Positions 11,754 through 24,429 of a stretch of 44,470 bases of DNA are shown in pieces. A program made the position numbers and the translations under genes. The stretch's first letter is position 1. The number at the start of each line of letters is the position of its first letter. The stretch comes from Octopus bimaculoides. Lineage: Eukaryota. Location of the stretch: assembly GCF_001194135.2 (NCBI RefSeq), contig NC_068992.1, forward strand, positions 33,125,382 to 33,169,851, in the 5' to 3' direction. The notes beneath the pieces were generated by a model. That model saw only the letters and a list, made by a program, of their open reading frames with translations, was not told the origin of the DNA and made no database searches.

Positions 11754-12688
11754 NNNNNNNNNNNNNNNNNNNNNNNNNNNNNNNNNNNNNNNNNNNNNNN
11801 NNNNNNNNNNNNNNNNNNNNNNNNNNNNNNNNNNNNNNNNNNNNNNNNNNNNNNNNNNNNNNNNNNNNNNNNNNNNNNNNNNNNNNNNNNNNNNNNNNNN
11901 NNNNNNNNNNNNNNNNNNNNNNNNNNNNNNNNNNNNNNNNNNNNNNNNNNNNNNNNNNNNNNNNNNNNNNNNNNNNNNNNNNNNNNNNNNNNNNNNNNNN
12001 NNNNNNNNNNNNNNNNNNNNNNNNNNNNNNNNNNNNNNNNNNNNNNNNNNNNNNNNNNNNNNNNNNNNNNNNNNNNNNNNNNNNNNNNNNNNNNNNNNNN
12101 NNNNNNNNNNNNNNNNNNNNNNNNNNNNNNNNNNNNNNNNNNNNNNNNNNNNNNNNNNNNNNNNNNNNNNNNNNNNNNNNNNNNNNNNNNNNNNNNNNNN
12201 NNNNNNNNNNNNNNNNNNNNNNNNNNNNNNNNNNNNNNNNNNNNNNNNNNNNNNNNNNNNNNNNNNNNNNNNNNNNNNNNNNNNNNNNNNNNNNNNNNNN
12301 NNNNNNNNNNNNNNNNNNNNNNNNNNNNNNNNNNNNNNNNNNNNNNNNNNNNNNNNNNNNNNNNNNNNNNNNNNNNNNNNNNNNNNNNNNNNNNNNNNNN
12401 NNNNNNNNNNNNNNNNNNNNNNNNNNNNNNNNNNNNNNNNNNNNNNNNNNNNNNNNNNNNNNNNNNNNNNNNNNNNNNNNNNNNNNNNNNNNNNNNNNNN
12501 NNNNNNNNNNNNNNNNNNNNNNNNNNNNNNNNNNNNNNNNNNNNNNNNNNNNNNNNNNNNNNNNNNNNNNNNNNNNNNNNNNNNNNNNNNNNNNNNNNNN
12601 NNNNNNNNNNNNNNNNNNNNNNNNNNNNNNNNNNNNNNNNNNNNNNNNNNNNNNNNNNNNNNNNNNNNNNNNNNNNNNNNNNNNNNNN

Positions 12689-12743
<55 letters not shown>

Positions 12744-13170
12744 ATGTATATGTATATGTATATGTAACTTATATGCTGTAGCAGAAGCAAAATGTAACTT
12801 ATATACTGTAGTAGAGGCAACATGTTCTTTGTCTATCTCCATAACTTCTTGGAGATTTTAGGTATAATTATACTAATGTGTCCATCTGTTCTAATTTAAT
12901 TAAATTCTATGTCTTTGTGCAGCTGAGGATTGCTCTGCATTTTAAATTGATGTAATGACTGCATTATTCAATTAAATGGAGTTGCATGAAACAATTGTAC
13001 TGCATTACCTCTGAATATCCTTGTTGCTTATTTTGATTTTAATCACCTTACTTTGAAATTGTATGGATAATACGTACTAAATTCTGGTGCCTCAACTTAC
13101 GTACCATATTCATCTGAATCTAAATTTGTGCTGAACTCATCTACCATACCCAAAGTATATATATATATAC

Positions 13171-13171
<1 letters not shown>

Positions 13172-13235
<64 letters not shown>

Positions 13236-13250
13236 GATAGATAGATAGAT
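13172..13250. repeat. (GATA)n microsatellite within a compound TA/TACA array
   Basis: Direct reading of the sequence. Confidence 0.95.
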
Positions 13251-14102
13251 ACATGCATACATACATACATTCATATATATACATACATACATACATACAT
13301 GCATACATTTATATACATACATATATACATACATTTATATATATATATATATATATATTTATATACAAATGACTACTATTGCAGATTGTTCATTCATACA
13401 TACCAAGAGAAATTTAACCTTTTCAGATCTTGTTCATTGAATAATTCAATAAGCACATGGACAGTTTGTGGGTTGTGAGTACAGTTTTGAAATAGCACAG
13501 AATTCAGCATGGAACTTTGCAATTTCTATTTTACATCAATCATGCCAAGTTTAAATAAATGTTTGTCAGAAGGTACATAAGCATTTACATGTTTGACTAA
13601 GTCAATTAAAATGTGTGTTGCTGAAATCATTCTTGAAACGATGTTCATATGCTAATGTTTTTATATGTTTTAGATATGTTCATATTTTTATAGTCGATAT
13701 GTTTACAAGCCAATAATTGGCAGCAGCAAATGGAAAACAGAATAGAAAATGCGTTAGAAGTTGTTTTTTTTTGCAAGACTATGTCAAATGAGAATGTGAA
13801 AGGAGTTAGCTCTTTCATGACTGCCAATTATGTTTATGAGAGTTCATGATGGGGAAGAGATATACTTCTGCTTAAATAAAAGCAAAACAAAAAAATGTTT
13901 CCTAGCTTAAAATCTATGATTGATATAATGGCTAAGATAAAATGTGCAACAAGTGTTATCTTGGATATTAACATGTCTTAACATATCTGGAAACTGGGCA
14001 ATGTCATATTTAAAGGTATTAAAATGTGCCTCGTCATTTTCATGTTTATCTAGAGCACACACAGAGCATGCATACGTACATATGTTTGTATATATACATA
14101 TA

Positions 14103-15936
14103 ACAACTTCAAGATCAGGGCTAAATGGATGCCCAGAAGTAGACCAGCTTGGAGGAGAAGGGTCTGGAAGCTTAAAGATCCTGCAAATGAACAGAGATTT
14201 AGAGACATATTACTTGAAGCCTTCGACAAAATAGAAGGGGATATAGCTTCACTTAATGTGGAAGACAACTGGAGGTTTCTATGGGACAACCTGCTGAGGG
14301 CCACTGACCCGATCTGTGGATGGTGCAATGTCCCCTCACTACCCAAAATAAAGTAGTGGTGGAACAATGTTGTTGACAGGGCTATTAGACAAAAGAAACA
14401 GGTTTGGAAGGACTGGAAGAACAGTGGTAGCAGGGAATTGTATCAGACTGCTAGAAGGGAAGCTAGGAGACAGGTTTATTTAGCCAGAGGGGAAGCAGAT
14501 AAGATTAAATTTGCCAATGTTCTGCACCGTGAGGATCAAAGACTTGAGGTATTTCATGTTGCAAGACAGTGTGTGAAAAGAATCATGATGTCGTAGGAGA
14601 GAAATGTATCTGCATGGATGATGGCTCATTTGCACTAAACGAGGCAGCAAAGAGAGAGGTTTGGAGACGCCACTATGAAAGGTTGCTTTATAAAAACAAT
14701 GGATAGGAGAAAGAGCGTTGGCCGAATGTCAACCCAACAGAGGGACCAGCTATTCTAATTGACAGTACCTTGGTAGATAAAGCAATCAAGAGGATGAAGA
14801 CAGGGAAAGCCGCCCGGACCATCAGGAATCACTGCAGAGATGCTCAAAATATCTGATAGTGTTGGCAATAGCCTAGTCACCCATAGAGTTAATCAAGTGA
14901 TACACGAAGGAGTCATACCCAATGACTGGTGTAGCAGCACCATAGTCAACTGCTACAAAGGTAAAGGTGACGCTTTAGACACAAATAATTACAGAGGTAT
15001 CAAGCTTTTGGATCAGGTAATGAAAGTCACAGAGAGGGTCATAGCCCAACTAATTAGGGAGAGAATCAGCTTAGATGAGATGCAGTTTGGGTTCATGCCA
15101 GGGAAAAGCCCCACTGATGCTATATTTCTGGTAAGACAGCTGCGGGAGAATATACCTAGCTAAAGATAAACCTCTGTACCTGGTTTTTGTTGACATGGAG
15201 AAAGCCTTTGATAGGGTCCCCCGATCCCTTATCTGGTGGTCAATGAGGAAACTAAGGATAAATGAATGGTTAGTGAGAGCTTTGTGAGCCATGTACAGGG
15301 ATGCCTTCAGTAAGGTGACGGTTGGCAACAAGTACAGTGAAGAATTCCGGGTAGAGGTAAGGATCCACCAAGGTTCAGTCCTCAGCCCCCTCCTATTTAT
15401 CATAGTCCTTCAGGCAATAACAGAGGAATTCAAGACAGGATGCCCCTGGGAGTTCCTCTATGCTGATGACCTTGCTCTAATTGCTGAGTCACTATCAGAA
15501 CTAGAGGAGAAGTTTCAGGTGTGAAAGCAAGGATTAGAATCGAAGGGCCTTATTGTCAACCTAGCTAAAACCAAAGTCCTAATAAGTAGAAAGGCAGACA
15601 AACTACAAACCCCTTCAGATATATGGCCCTGCTCAATCTGTAGAAAAGACATAGGTAGAAACTCTATAAGATGTACCCAGTGTAAGCTATGGACACATAA
15701 GAGGTGCAACAATATCAAAGGAAGGCTAACTTGCAAGATAGTTTTTGTAAGTGGCAGATGCTCAGGAGTAATAAACTCTGAAAATGTGCAGAGAACAACA
15801 TCTTCCACATTCCAGGGAGAAAAACTAGAGGTAGTTGATAGCTTCTGCTACCTAGGTAACCAAGTCAGTAGCGGGGGAGGGTGCGCTGAAAGTGTAGCTG
15901 CTAGAATAAGAATAGCCTGGGCAAAGTTCAGAGAGC
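14103..15936 (+). mobile_element. RTE LINE RT fragment (second family), truncated at both ends
   Basis: Motifs KGKGDALDTNNYRGIKLL, QFGFMPGKS, DMEKAFDRV, HQGSVLSPLLF, LYADDL, VDSFCYLG; several stops and frameshifts. Confidence 0.95.
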
Positions 15937-16570
15937 TTGCGAAGACCTCTTGAGGCAAGTGAAATCGAAATCGAAATTGAACCAAATTCAACGACTGGCA
16001 CCCATGCCAACCTTCCTTCATTGGACACTAAGCTCTGCTTGCGAAGACCTGTTGGGGCAAAGTGAAATCGTAACTGAACCAAATTCGGTGACTGGCACCT
16101 GTGCCAGTGGAGTGCTAACAGCACCATCTGAGTGGGATCACTGCCAGAGTAGCGGTCTGTCTTCCGTGCTGGTGGCACATAAAAAGCACCATTTGAGTGT
16201 GATCATTGCTAGAGTCATTTTACTATCACTTGTGGGGCGGTGGCATGTGAACAAAACATTCAAGCGAGGTTGTTGCCAGTGCTGCTGGACTGACTTTTTT
16301 TTCAGGTGGCATGTAAAAACACTATTTGAGCGTGGCAGTTGCCTGTATTGCCAGACTCGCCCTCGTACCGGTGGCACTTTTAAGCACCCACCACACTCTC
16401 GGAGTGGTTGGCATTAAGAAGGGCATCCAGCTGTAAAAACCATACGAGATCAGATTGGAGCCTGGTACAGCCATCTGGTTCACCAGTCTTCAGTCAAATC
16501 GTCCAACCCATGCTAGCATGGAAAGCGGATGTTAAATGATGATGATGATGACGACGATGATGATGACGAC
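15935..16570 (+). mobile_element. Composite SINE-like repeat with internal tandem units and an RTE-type tail
   Basis: GCTTGCGAAGACCT...GACTGGCACC block duplicated at 15935 and 16037. Repeated GGTGGCA(C/T)...AAAAGCACCATTTGAG units. Tail GGAAGGGCATCCAGCTGTA...CCAACCCATGCTAGCATGGAAAGCGG(A)...(GAT)n. Confidence 0.75.
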
Positions 16571-17499
16571 ATATATATGTATGTTAATATGTATGTTTGG
16601 ATGGATGGATGGTGTGTTGGATGGATGGATGATTAAAATATAAGAAATTTTTAACAGAACCACAAGAAATGAATATTTTTCTATTTAACTTAAGGAACAT
16701 TTTCTGGTACATCTAGATGTTTCTACAATTTCCTGCTTCTTTAGTCAGTACACAATGAAGGAAATTATAATGAAGCCATACTATAACTTGCTGCTGGCTA
16801 TGATGCATAGAATACAAAGTGTTTGAAATGTAAAAAGGAAAGTGAGTAAACATTTACAATTAAAGCATTTTGTCTTACAGAGATAGTGCAAATACCACAA
16901 GTGTGCTCCATGAAGACATATAAGGTAGAGAACTAAATACCTATGTGTGGTACAAATGATAACAAGACATGAATTTTACAAGATACAGTTTAACTAAACA
17001 TTGAATTTATTCACTGACAGTGAACCAAGAATGCACTTATATGCAAAATATACTTGTGCACATGTGTGTGTGTGTGTGCTTTTATTCTATCTGCTAGAGA
17101 TAACAATGGACTGCTACTGTGTTGATAGCGCTTGTTGCAGTAGAAACAGAGATCCAAAGCTGCTGTCTTATATCTAGACAGACTTTCATTTCCTTAATAG
17201 CATGTCAATTTTGGAGAATACTTTTTATTATTCAGATTATCTTGCTTTATCATCTAAAGTTGGTCCCAGTTGCCGCTAATTGATGGTTATACCATCCATT
17301 GAAGTATAGACGAGATAAATATAAAGAAAGAATATCTCTTGTAGAGTATTTAATATACCCTTATTCATCTTTGTTGTTCAAAAACATGTCAATAGTCATT
17401 CCGAGGGAAAGAAAATAGTTTATATTGAATAAAGGGATCCAGGTGTATGCATAATGTGCATACACATGTCTCAGTTGTCTGCATACACATTATGTTTTC

Positions 17500-18720
17500 A
17501 GAAATTCGATCATGTCATAGTTGAGTGGTTCTTCTCAAGCACTACTATTACCAATCGTCTCAGTCTTTTTTCATCTCCTCTATGAAGTTCAAAATCCTGT
17601 GAACATCCTTCACCATCTCATCATGTGTATTGCTTGGTTTCCCTTTTCCAAGGGTTCTCTCTTCTGTCAACAATCAACAATTCTATATAACTATCATCAC
17701 GCATACACATCAAATGTCCAAACTAATGCAATCTTTTCTCTTGCATATTAGATGTGATTCCACTTATGCTCAGTTTTTTCTCAACCCATTTGTACTTTGT
17801 TGTTCGTGCACAGTGATGTTACACATCCACCAGAGCATGCCTGCTTTATGTATTTTTCTCTGTGCAGGTTCTCTGCATGCAAGATCCATGTTTCACTACC
17901 ATGCAACATTTGCAGTTCATATACCAGGTATCATACAGTCTGCTTTTCACTTTGAGAGAGAAACCTTTTGTTGCCATCAGAAGTAATTTCCAGAGTTTTC
18001 TGTAGCCTGTTCTTACTCTGGCCATGGTATTTTCAAAACATCCTTCACCACTGCAACTTAGGTCACCAAATAAACAAAATATTTACTATCATTATGGATC
18101 CTTCTAAGTGATTGTAGCATCTATTTCCTGTGTACACTTAGTGTTTACTACACTATATATGTCACATACAAACTTTGCTTTCTTTGTTAGCTTGCCCATG
18201 ATTTTACTGTACTTTTTGTGTTTCCATAGTTTGCATCAACCAAACTGCATTAAATGTGTACCAACTTCTTTTCAACATATCAAGTAAAGCCTTTTTAAGG
18301 ATGATAGCAGGATTCTGTCTGTTTTCCTTCATTGCTAAGTTAACTTTGAAGCCTTTTGATTCCATATTTTCTTCCCATACCAGAAATTACTTTCCTAAAC
18401 CTATTACAAATACAAAAACGAAACCATCAGCAAATAGAACTTCCTATGGATATCCAGTTTTTAACATATCAGCTACAAGTTGAAGGATTATGATAAATAG
18501 AAGGGAACTGGATACAGCTCACTGGTAGATCCTTATTTTACACTAAATTGTTGATGCATTCACTAACTGTCCCCAAGATGAAAGCACTCCTGTATACAAC
18601 TTGTATGGCTCTTATAAGTATTGGTCAATTCTCAGCTTCTTCAGACTTTACCAGATCATTGAATGAGGGACTGTTGAAGATTTCCTCTTGTCAGTGATTG
18701 CTAAATACAGCAGCTTACTC
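17500..18720 (-). mobile_element. Decayed RTE LINE RT fragment (second family)
   Basis: Minus strand LFIIILQLVADMLKTGYP*EVLFADG...MESKGFKVNLA matches LFIIVLQAITEEFKTGCPWEFLYADD...LESKGLIVNLA at 15.4-15.6 kb. Confidence 0.7.
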
Positions 18721-19043
18721 TTAACTTTGTACTTTTTCTACATATATTTCTCTTGTACAAACACACACATATTTGTATGTCTCCAAATATATTCAAGCAT
18801 TTTGATAATTTTCAAGCTGACAAACAAGGTATCATTCCTGTACCGGTAGTGGGGAGGTCATTATTCTTTTTCTCTCACTCAGTGTCTCCATTTGACTGTG
18901 GAAGAAATCAGCTATGATCAGATCAGCACAGGAATGGGGTTTGCCAGCTCTAAGACTGCCCAAGACAAGGTGTATGACACAATGGCACCCTCATGACACT
19001 AAAAGGATTTGAATGGGACAAGGCATAAAATACAGTATATTTG

Positions 19044-19379
19044 TGTTATGTCATGGGTTTGAATATCTCATTGCTAATAATGCTATGATGATGTTGGGGT
19101 TTACAGATTTAGTGCAGGAATAGTATTACCCAAATAAATATTTGGATATGGTTATCTAAAATAACTTTTCACAGAATTAATATGCTCACACATAACATGC
19201 TCTGTACTATGCCAAACATAGATACGATATCAGACTAACAGAGTAATCCAATATGAACGATCAACGTTGCTCACTGCCTGCTATCAACTGCTGACAGTTC
19301 AGTTTCTTTATTTTCTTGAAATGTGTCAGTCCACTTTTGGTCATGTAGGAGGGGGGGTGTTCAGGATTTTTCCACAGCA
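19044..19379 (-). repeat. 3' LTR of Gypsy element
   Basis: TGTTATG...CACAGCA; aligns with 20533-20857. Confidence 0.9.
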
Positions 19380-19472
19380 TCTCCCCTTTTTTGAGAATCA
19401 GACTCCCTTTTAGAGAATTAAATTCTGTCCAGAGTTTTAATATTTCTTACACTTAGAGTTTAATTCCAGGGT

Positions 19473-20521
19473 TCATTTCCTTATTCTGTTACTTGAATGT
19501 GTAGTTTCAATTTGTTTGGGTGTTGGTACCTCAAATGTGTCGTTCAATACTTTCATGGGGATTTCATCTCCCATGACCATTTCTGCCATACATCTTTTTT
19601 TAAGTTGGTTTATATGTCTTTTATGTTTTAAATTTTTTCCTTTTACCAAGAATAATATTTTTGCACCATGAAGTATATTTACCACCTAAGTGTAGTTGAC
19701 CCATAGGGGACGATGCTACTGTGCTGCTACTGTTTACATCTCACTCACAGGCTTGTTATTGAATATTTTTGCAATTGTTTAATTACTACACTATCCTCCC
19801 AGCTTTCTTTACCATGTCTATACAATTTTTTAAAAAACCCCAAAACCTGTCACGTATCTTGAAGGATTTTGAAGTATATTTGTTGTTAGGCATTTTTCTT
19901 CTTTTACTCAGTGTCAACTTATCAAAGACGGATCTGATTTTTCTAGCAAAATTAATTCCGCAAGTGACATTCCAGATGGATTATTTGGATTAGATGTTTC
20001 TAGGTACACTCTTAGAAATTGTTGGAAGTGTTAGGTCATCCATTGCTTCATTGTTCACCTTTTTTTAAAGCCTTCTTAAAAGTGTTAACAAAACACTCTG
20101 CCTGTCCATTTGACCTAGGATGATACTGTGGAGTGGCCACATGTTCAATAAAAAACCTTTTACAAAATTCTTTAAACTCATCTAAAGTGAACTGAGTTCC
20201 ATTATCAGACACAATGGTGTCTAGAATACCATATCTAGTGAACATTACCCGTAAAAATTTTACTGTAACCACAGATGTTGGCTTTTCACACATATGTGCT
20301 TCAGGCCACTTTGAAAAACTGTCCACCACAACAAGATAATATGAACCCTTAAGTGCCCCTGCATAATCAACATACAGTCTGGACCATAGAATATGTTTTG
20401 GCCATTTTGTGGTAGGTGATTTTGCTGCTAGCTCACAACCTCTACATGCTTTCACTAGTTCTTCAATGTCATTGTCTATTCTTGGCCAGTACACTTAACT
20501 TCTTATTAACGATCTCATCCT
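19473..20521 (-). pseudogene. Gypsy integrase remnant (part of the H2C2 zinc domain, rve core, C-terminal tail)
   Basis: RMRSLIRS*VYWPRIDNDIEELVKACRGC, WSRLYVDYAG, LVVVDSFSKWPE, IVSDNGTQF, PQYHPRSNGQAE, HKRHINQLKKR. Confidence 0.9.
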
Positions 20522-20532
20522 CATTACCAAAA

Positions 20533-20857
20533 TGTTATGTTGTGGGTGTGAATATCTTATTGCCATAATGTTATGATGACGTTGGGATGTGCAGATTTGG
20601 TGTAGGAATAGTATTACCCAAATAAATATTTGGATATGGTTATCTAGAATAATCTTTTGCAGAATTAATATGTTCACATAGAACATGCTTTGTACTATGC
20701 CAAACAGATACAATATCTAAGGAATAATCCAATATGAACGATAAATGCTGTCAGCTGTCAACTGTCAACTGCTGAGAGCTCACACAGTTTCTTTATTTAT
20801 TGAAATGTGCCAATCCACTTTTGGTCACGTGGGAATAGTCAGGATCCTGCCACAACA
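20533..20857 (-). repeat. 5' LTR of Gypsy element
   Basis: TGTTATG...CACAACA; aligns with 19044-19379. Confidence 0.9.
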
Positions 20858-21144
20858 ATTGGAAAAGTGTGTGTGTGTGTGTGTGTCTATGTACTCACAC
20901 ACACACATGCTCACATGCGTATATAGTTGCCCTCATTTTACTTGTCTTACACAATGCTTGGTTTGAAGAGATTTACTCAGGCATAGGTTTGGTTTTGGTT
21001 GATTCAGAAAAATACTTCATTTAATTATTCCTATTTTGATTTTCCTTTTCCTTTCATTTTACTTCCATCTCTCTTTTACGAGAGCAAGATGTACCATACA
21101 CTAAAGTGGCATTTCAGTTAGGTTCATCGCCCTCCTAATTTTAA

Positions 21145-21362
21145 TGTTCATTTTAACAAGATTGCATGGGTCAGATGAAGTTTATTGAGACAGATTTTCT
21201 TTCACTGGATGCCTTTCTTTTTGCCAACACTCACCTAATTCCAAGTAAGGTAATATTTTTCCATGGTCAGGCATGTTCTTGCAGACAGTTGAAAATGAAT
21301 GATACTGTTTGTACAACGGTGACAATTATTTACAAACATCTTTCAATGTCAAGGGAAGACGC
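21145..21362 (-). mobile_element. SINE-like repeat with RTE-type tail variant
   Basis: Contains ACTGGATGCCTTTC...GCCAAC, similar to the reverse complement of the GTTGGC..GAAGGGCATCCAG tail motif found elsewhere in the window. Confidence 0.5.
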
Positions 21363-21639
21363 CCATCTTTTTCAATCTATCTATCCATATACTTTCCTAC
21401 ATTCAATCATTGTGGAAATAGAACCCAAATGACTTGTCCAGTTAAAACTACAGCAATCCATAGGTGTTATATTTTCCTTTCAACAAACTGTGTGGTAATA
21501 GGAGTAAATTAAGTTAATGACTCATATTTTAATGATTTCCCATCCCCAAATTTGTTTTACTCTATAATTAAATTTTCAATACTGCTTATCTAAATATTTT
21601 TGAAGCTCACTGGGGGTCACTAATTACTAAGAGTGTATA

Positions 21640-22766
21640 TGCAGTGAGTGAGTACATAAGGAGTGAGTGTGTATGGAATGAGTGCATATGGAATGAGTGT
21701 GTATGGAGCTAGTGAATGCGTATGGAGTGAGTGTCTATAGAGTGAGAAAGCGCATATGGAGTGACTAAGTGTGTATGGAGTAAGTGAGTGCATATGGGGT
21801 GAGTGTAAATGGAGTTAGTGACTGCATATGCAGTAAGTGCGTATGGAGTAAGTGAGTGCATATAGACTGAGTGTGCATGAAGCAAGTGAGTGTATATGGG
21901 GTGAGAGACTGCGCATGGAGTGAGTGCATATGGAGTGCCTGAGTGCATATGGAGCAAGTGAGTTTGTAAGGAGTGAGTGTATATGGAGTGAGTGTGTGCA
22001 TTTAGCATGTGTGTGTAAGAAGATAGTGAGTTCATATGGAGTGAGTGAGTGTGTATAGTGTAAGTGAGTGCATATGGAGTGAGTGAGTGAATGCATATGC
22101 AGTGAGTTTGTATAAAAAATGAGAGCATATGAAGTGCGTGTGTATGTAGTGAGTACATATGGAGTGACTGCATATGGAGTAAGTGCATATGGAGTGAGTG
22201 CATATGAAGTGAGTGTATTTAGAGTGAGTGCACATGGAGTGAGTGGGTGCATATGGAGTGTGTTTGGAGTGAGTGAATGTGTATTGAGTCAGTACGTATG
22301 AAGTAAGTGAGTGCATATAGAGTGAGTGTGTATGCAGTGAANNNNNNNNNNNNNNNNNNNNNNNNNNNNNNNNNNNNNNNNNNNNNNNNNNNNNNNNNNN
22401 NNNNNNNNNNNNNNNNNNNNNNNNNNNNNNNNNNNNNNNNNTATGGAGTGAGTGTATATGGAGTTAGTGAATACATATGGATTGAGTGCATGCATATGTT
22501 GTGAGTGCATATGCATGAGTGTGTAGTGAGTGAGTGAGTGTTTATGGAGTGAGTGAGTGTTTATGGAGTGAGTGAGTGGATATGGAGTGAGTGAGTGGAT
22601 ATAGAGTGAGTGAGTGTTTATGGAGTGAGTGAGTGGATATGGAGTGAGTGAGTGGATATGGAGTGAGTGAGTGGATATGGAGTGAGTGAGTGGATATGGA
22701 GTGAGTGAGTGTTTATGGAGTGAGTGAGTGAGTGTGCATATGAAGTGTTTCTGGAGTGAGTGCATA
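21640..22766. repeat. Imperfect GAGT-based minisatellite (15-bp and 19-bp units)
   Basis: GGAGTGAGTGCATAT-type units on the left and TGGAGTGAGTGAGTGGATA units on the right; includes a 100-N gap. Confidence 0.9.
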
Positions 22767-23499
22767 TGACATTAGTGATTATGCATTGCTTACTAGCTAG
22801 CTAGATATAGACATGGATGTATGTATAAATATGTATCTATGTCTTTTTTTGCATATATGTATAGATAATGCTGGTTTCTGCATTTTTGCATGTATATATG
22901 TGTATGCATTTATACAGTGTGAATGTGTAAAAATAGCATATTGTATTTATTTTACTAAAAGTAATTTTACTTGATAAAGAATTCCTGCAACAGCCAAAAG
23001 CATATAATTCTGTATTATTACTAAATACTGTGTTTCTTCTATAGTTGTACTAAAATTCATTTTGTCTTGTATTATCAATAAAGTTGCAATTAATGACATT
23101 ACAGATTAACTTACAATTCTATGTTGACAAGATGCACACTCTGCTATCTCTCATTATCTAAGAACATCTGATAAAGGTACCTTTTCTCTGAAACAGATAC
23201 TGGGCAATGTTATTGAGAGAGTCGTCTGGAATATATTATTTGCAAACCCTCTTCTACATTATCTCAATGTATACAAAATTTGACAGAATCATTTTGGATT
23301 TGAAAAGAATTGCTTGGTAGCTACCTGATCTATATCTCCTGTAATTTAACCAATCAATTTTAATTTTCAGTGCTTGCATTGTGCCATGTTATTTGAAACA
23401 TATATAAGCTAAATAAATTGTAAATAATATATATTCATTCGTTATATTTTCTTATTTATACATATATCTATATAAATACATGTGCACATGCACACATGC

Positions 23500-23670
23500 A
23501 AGTGCATGCACATGCACACACAGACACACACACATATACTGAGTTTCTTTTAATTTCCATGAACCAAATCCACTCACATGGTCAGAGCTACAATAGAAGA
23601 CATTTTCCCAGATTCCATACAGTAGAACTAAACTCAGGACCATGTAGTTGGGAAACAGATTTCTTAATGT
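23500..23670 (-). mobile_element. SINE family A, decayed head
   Basis: Reverse complement of the 28922-29070 head (CCAAATCCACTCAC, TAGAAGACA, GGACCATGT.GTTGG). Confidence 0.65.
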
Positions 23671-24199
23671 AATGAGAAGAATTGATAAAATTATCTTCCT
23701 AGTCAACTGGAGTGCAAATAAAGAAACTCAAGGATGACTGGTAAAAATATTCAAAAATAGATTTCATTAAAACTTTGCCCCTGAAGCTGTAAATCATACA
23801 AAAGAAAATAGTATTGAAGTCTAAATTTTGTACTAATTGATAATGTTCTATCGTCTCCTTTTTGATTTTGAATATCCAAATGGTAATGTTCCGCTTTTAC
23901 CATTCTATACTACACTGCTTATTCACGCTTTAGATGAAAGTTAATTTATAACTTTAGCATTATGTTCCAATAAAAAATATTGGATAATATAGAAGAAAGT
24001 TAGTTTACTGTTTGAGAGTTATGGGAAATATTTAGTATGCTTAATTGAGCACTATTACAATGTGTGACATTAGAAAAACCATGTATGTTGGAATACCATT
24101 AGTTGTGAATTCTAGTGATGTTGAAGCAAAAACATATCTAAAAATAGATAGTTAATTTCAATAGGACATGAAGGATTGGATGTTTAAGGTGTGGAAAAT

Positions 24200-24429
24200 T
24201 TAACCCCTTAGCATTTAAATGGGCCACATCTTGCCCAAATATTTAACCTGTTTTATGTTCAACCAGCCAGATCTGGCCTTTGACACTTACCTTACGATGT
24301 CAATCTAAAAATAAACAATTACATCGTCAAAATCTGACACTGGCTACAAGATAATGGATGATTACTTCAAAACAATATGAATAAATAAGCATTACATTTG
24401 TGAGAATAATCTGAATGCTGAAGGGTTAA
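24200..24429. mobile_element. piggyBac-type MITE with TTAA target duplication
   Basis: TTAA|CCCCTTAGCATT ... AATGCTGAAGGG|TTAA. TIRs match at 10 of 12 positions; non-coding 222-bp body. Confidence 0.85.

Larger units (their letters stand above)
19044..20857 (-). mobile_element. Internally deleted Ty3/Gypsy LTR retrotransposon (LTR-PBS-integrase-PPT-LTR)
   Basis: Direct LTRs 19044-19379 and 20533-20857 with TG...CA ends. PBS-like TGGTAATGAGGA at 20529-20518, PPT AAAAAAGGGGAGA adjacent to 19379. Imperfect 5-bp TSD ATTTG/ATTGG. Confidence 0.9.

Noticed and set aside
11535-12861. Long ORFs of 290-435 aa here and at 25075-26136, 29012-29695 and 37875-38582
   Set aside because: They are made of N-gaps and TA/TG microsatellite translation (YIYI, HTHT).
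21709-22765. His/Thr-rich ORFs resembling metal-binding repeat proteins
   Set aside because: Translations of the GAGT minisatellite in several frames, with no splice or start context.
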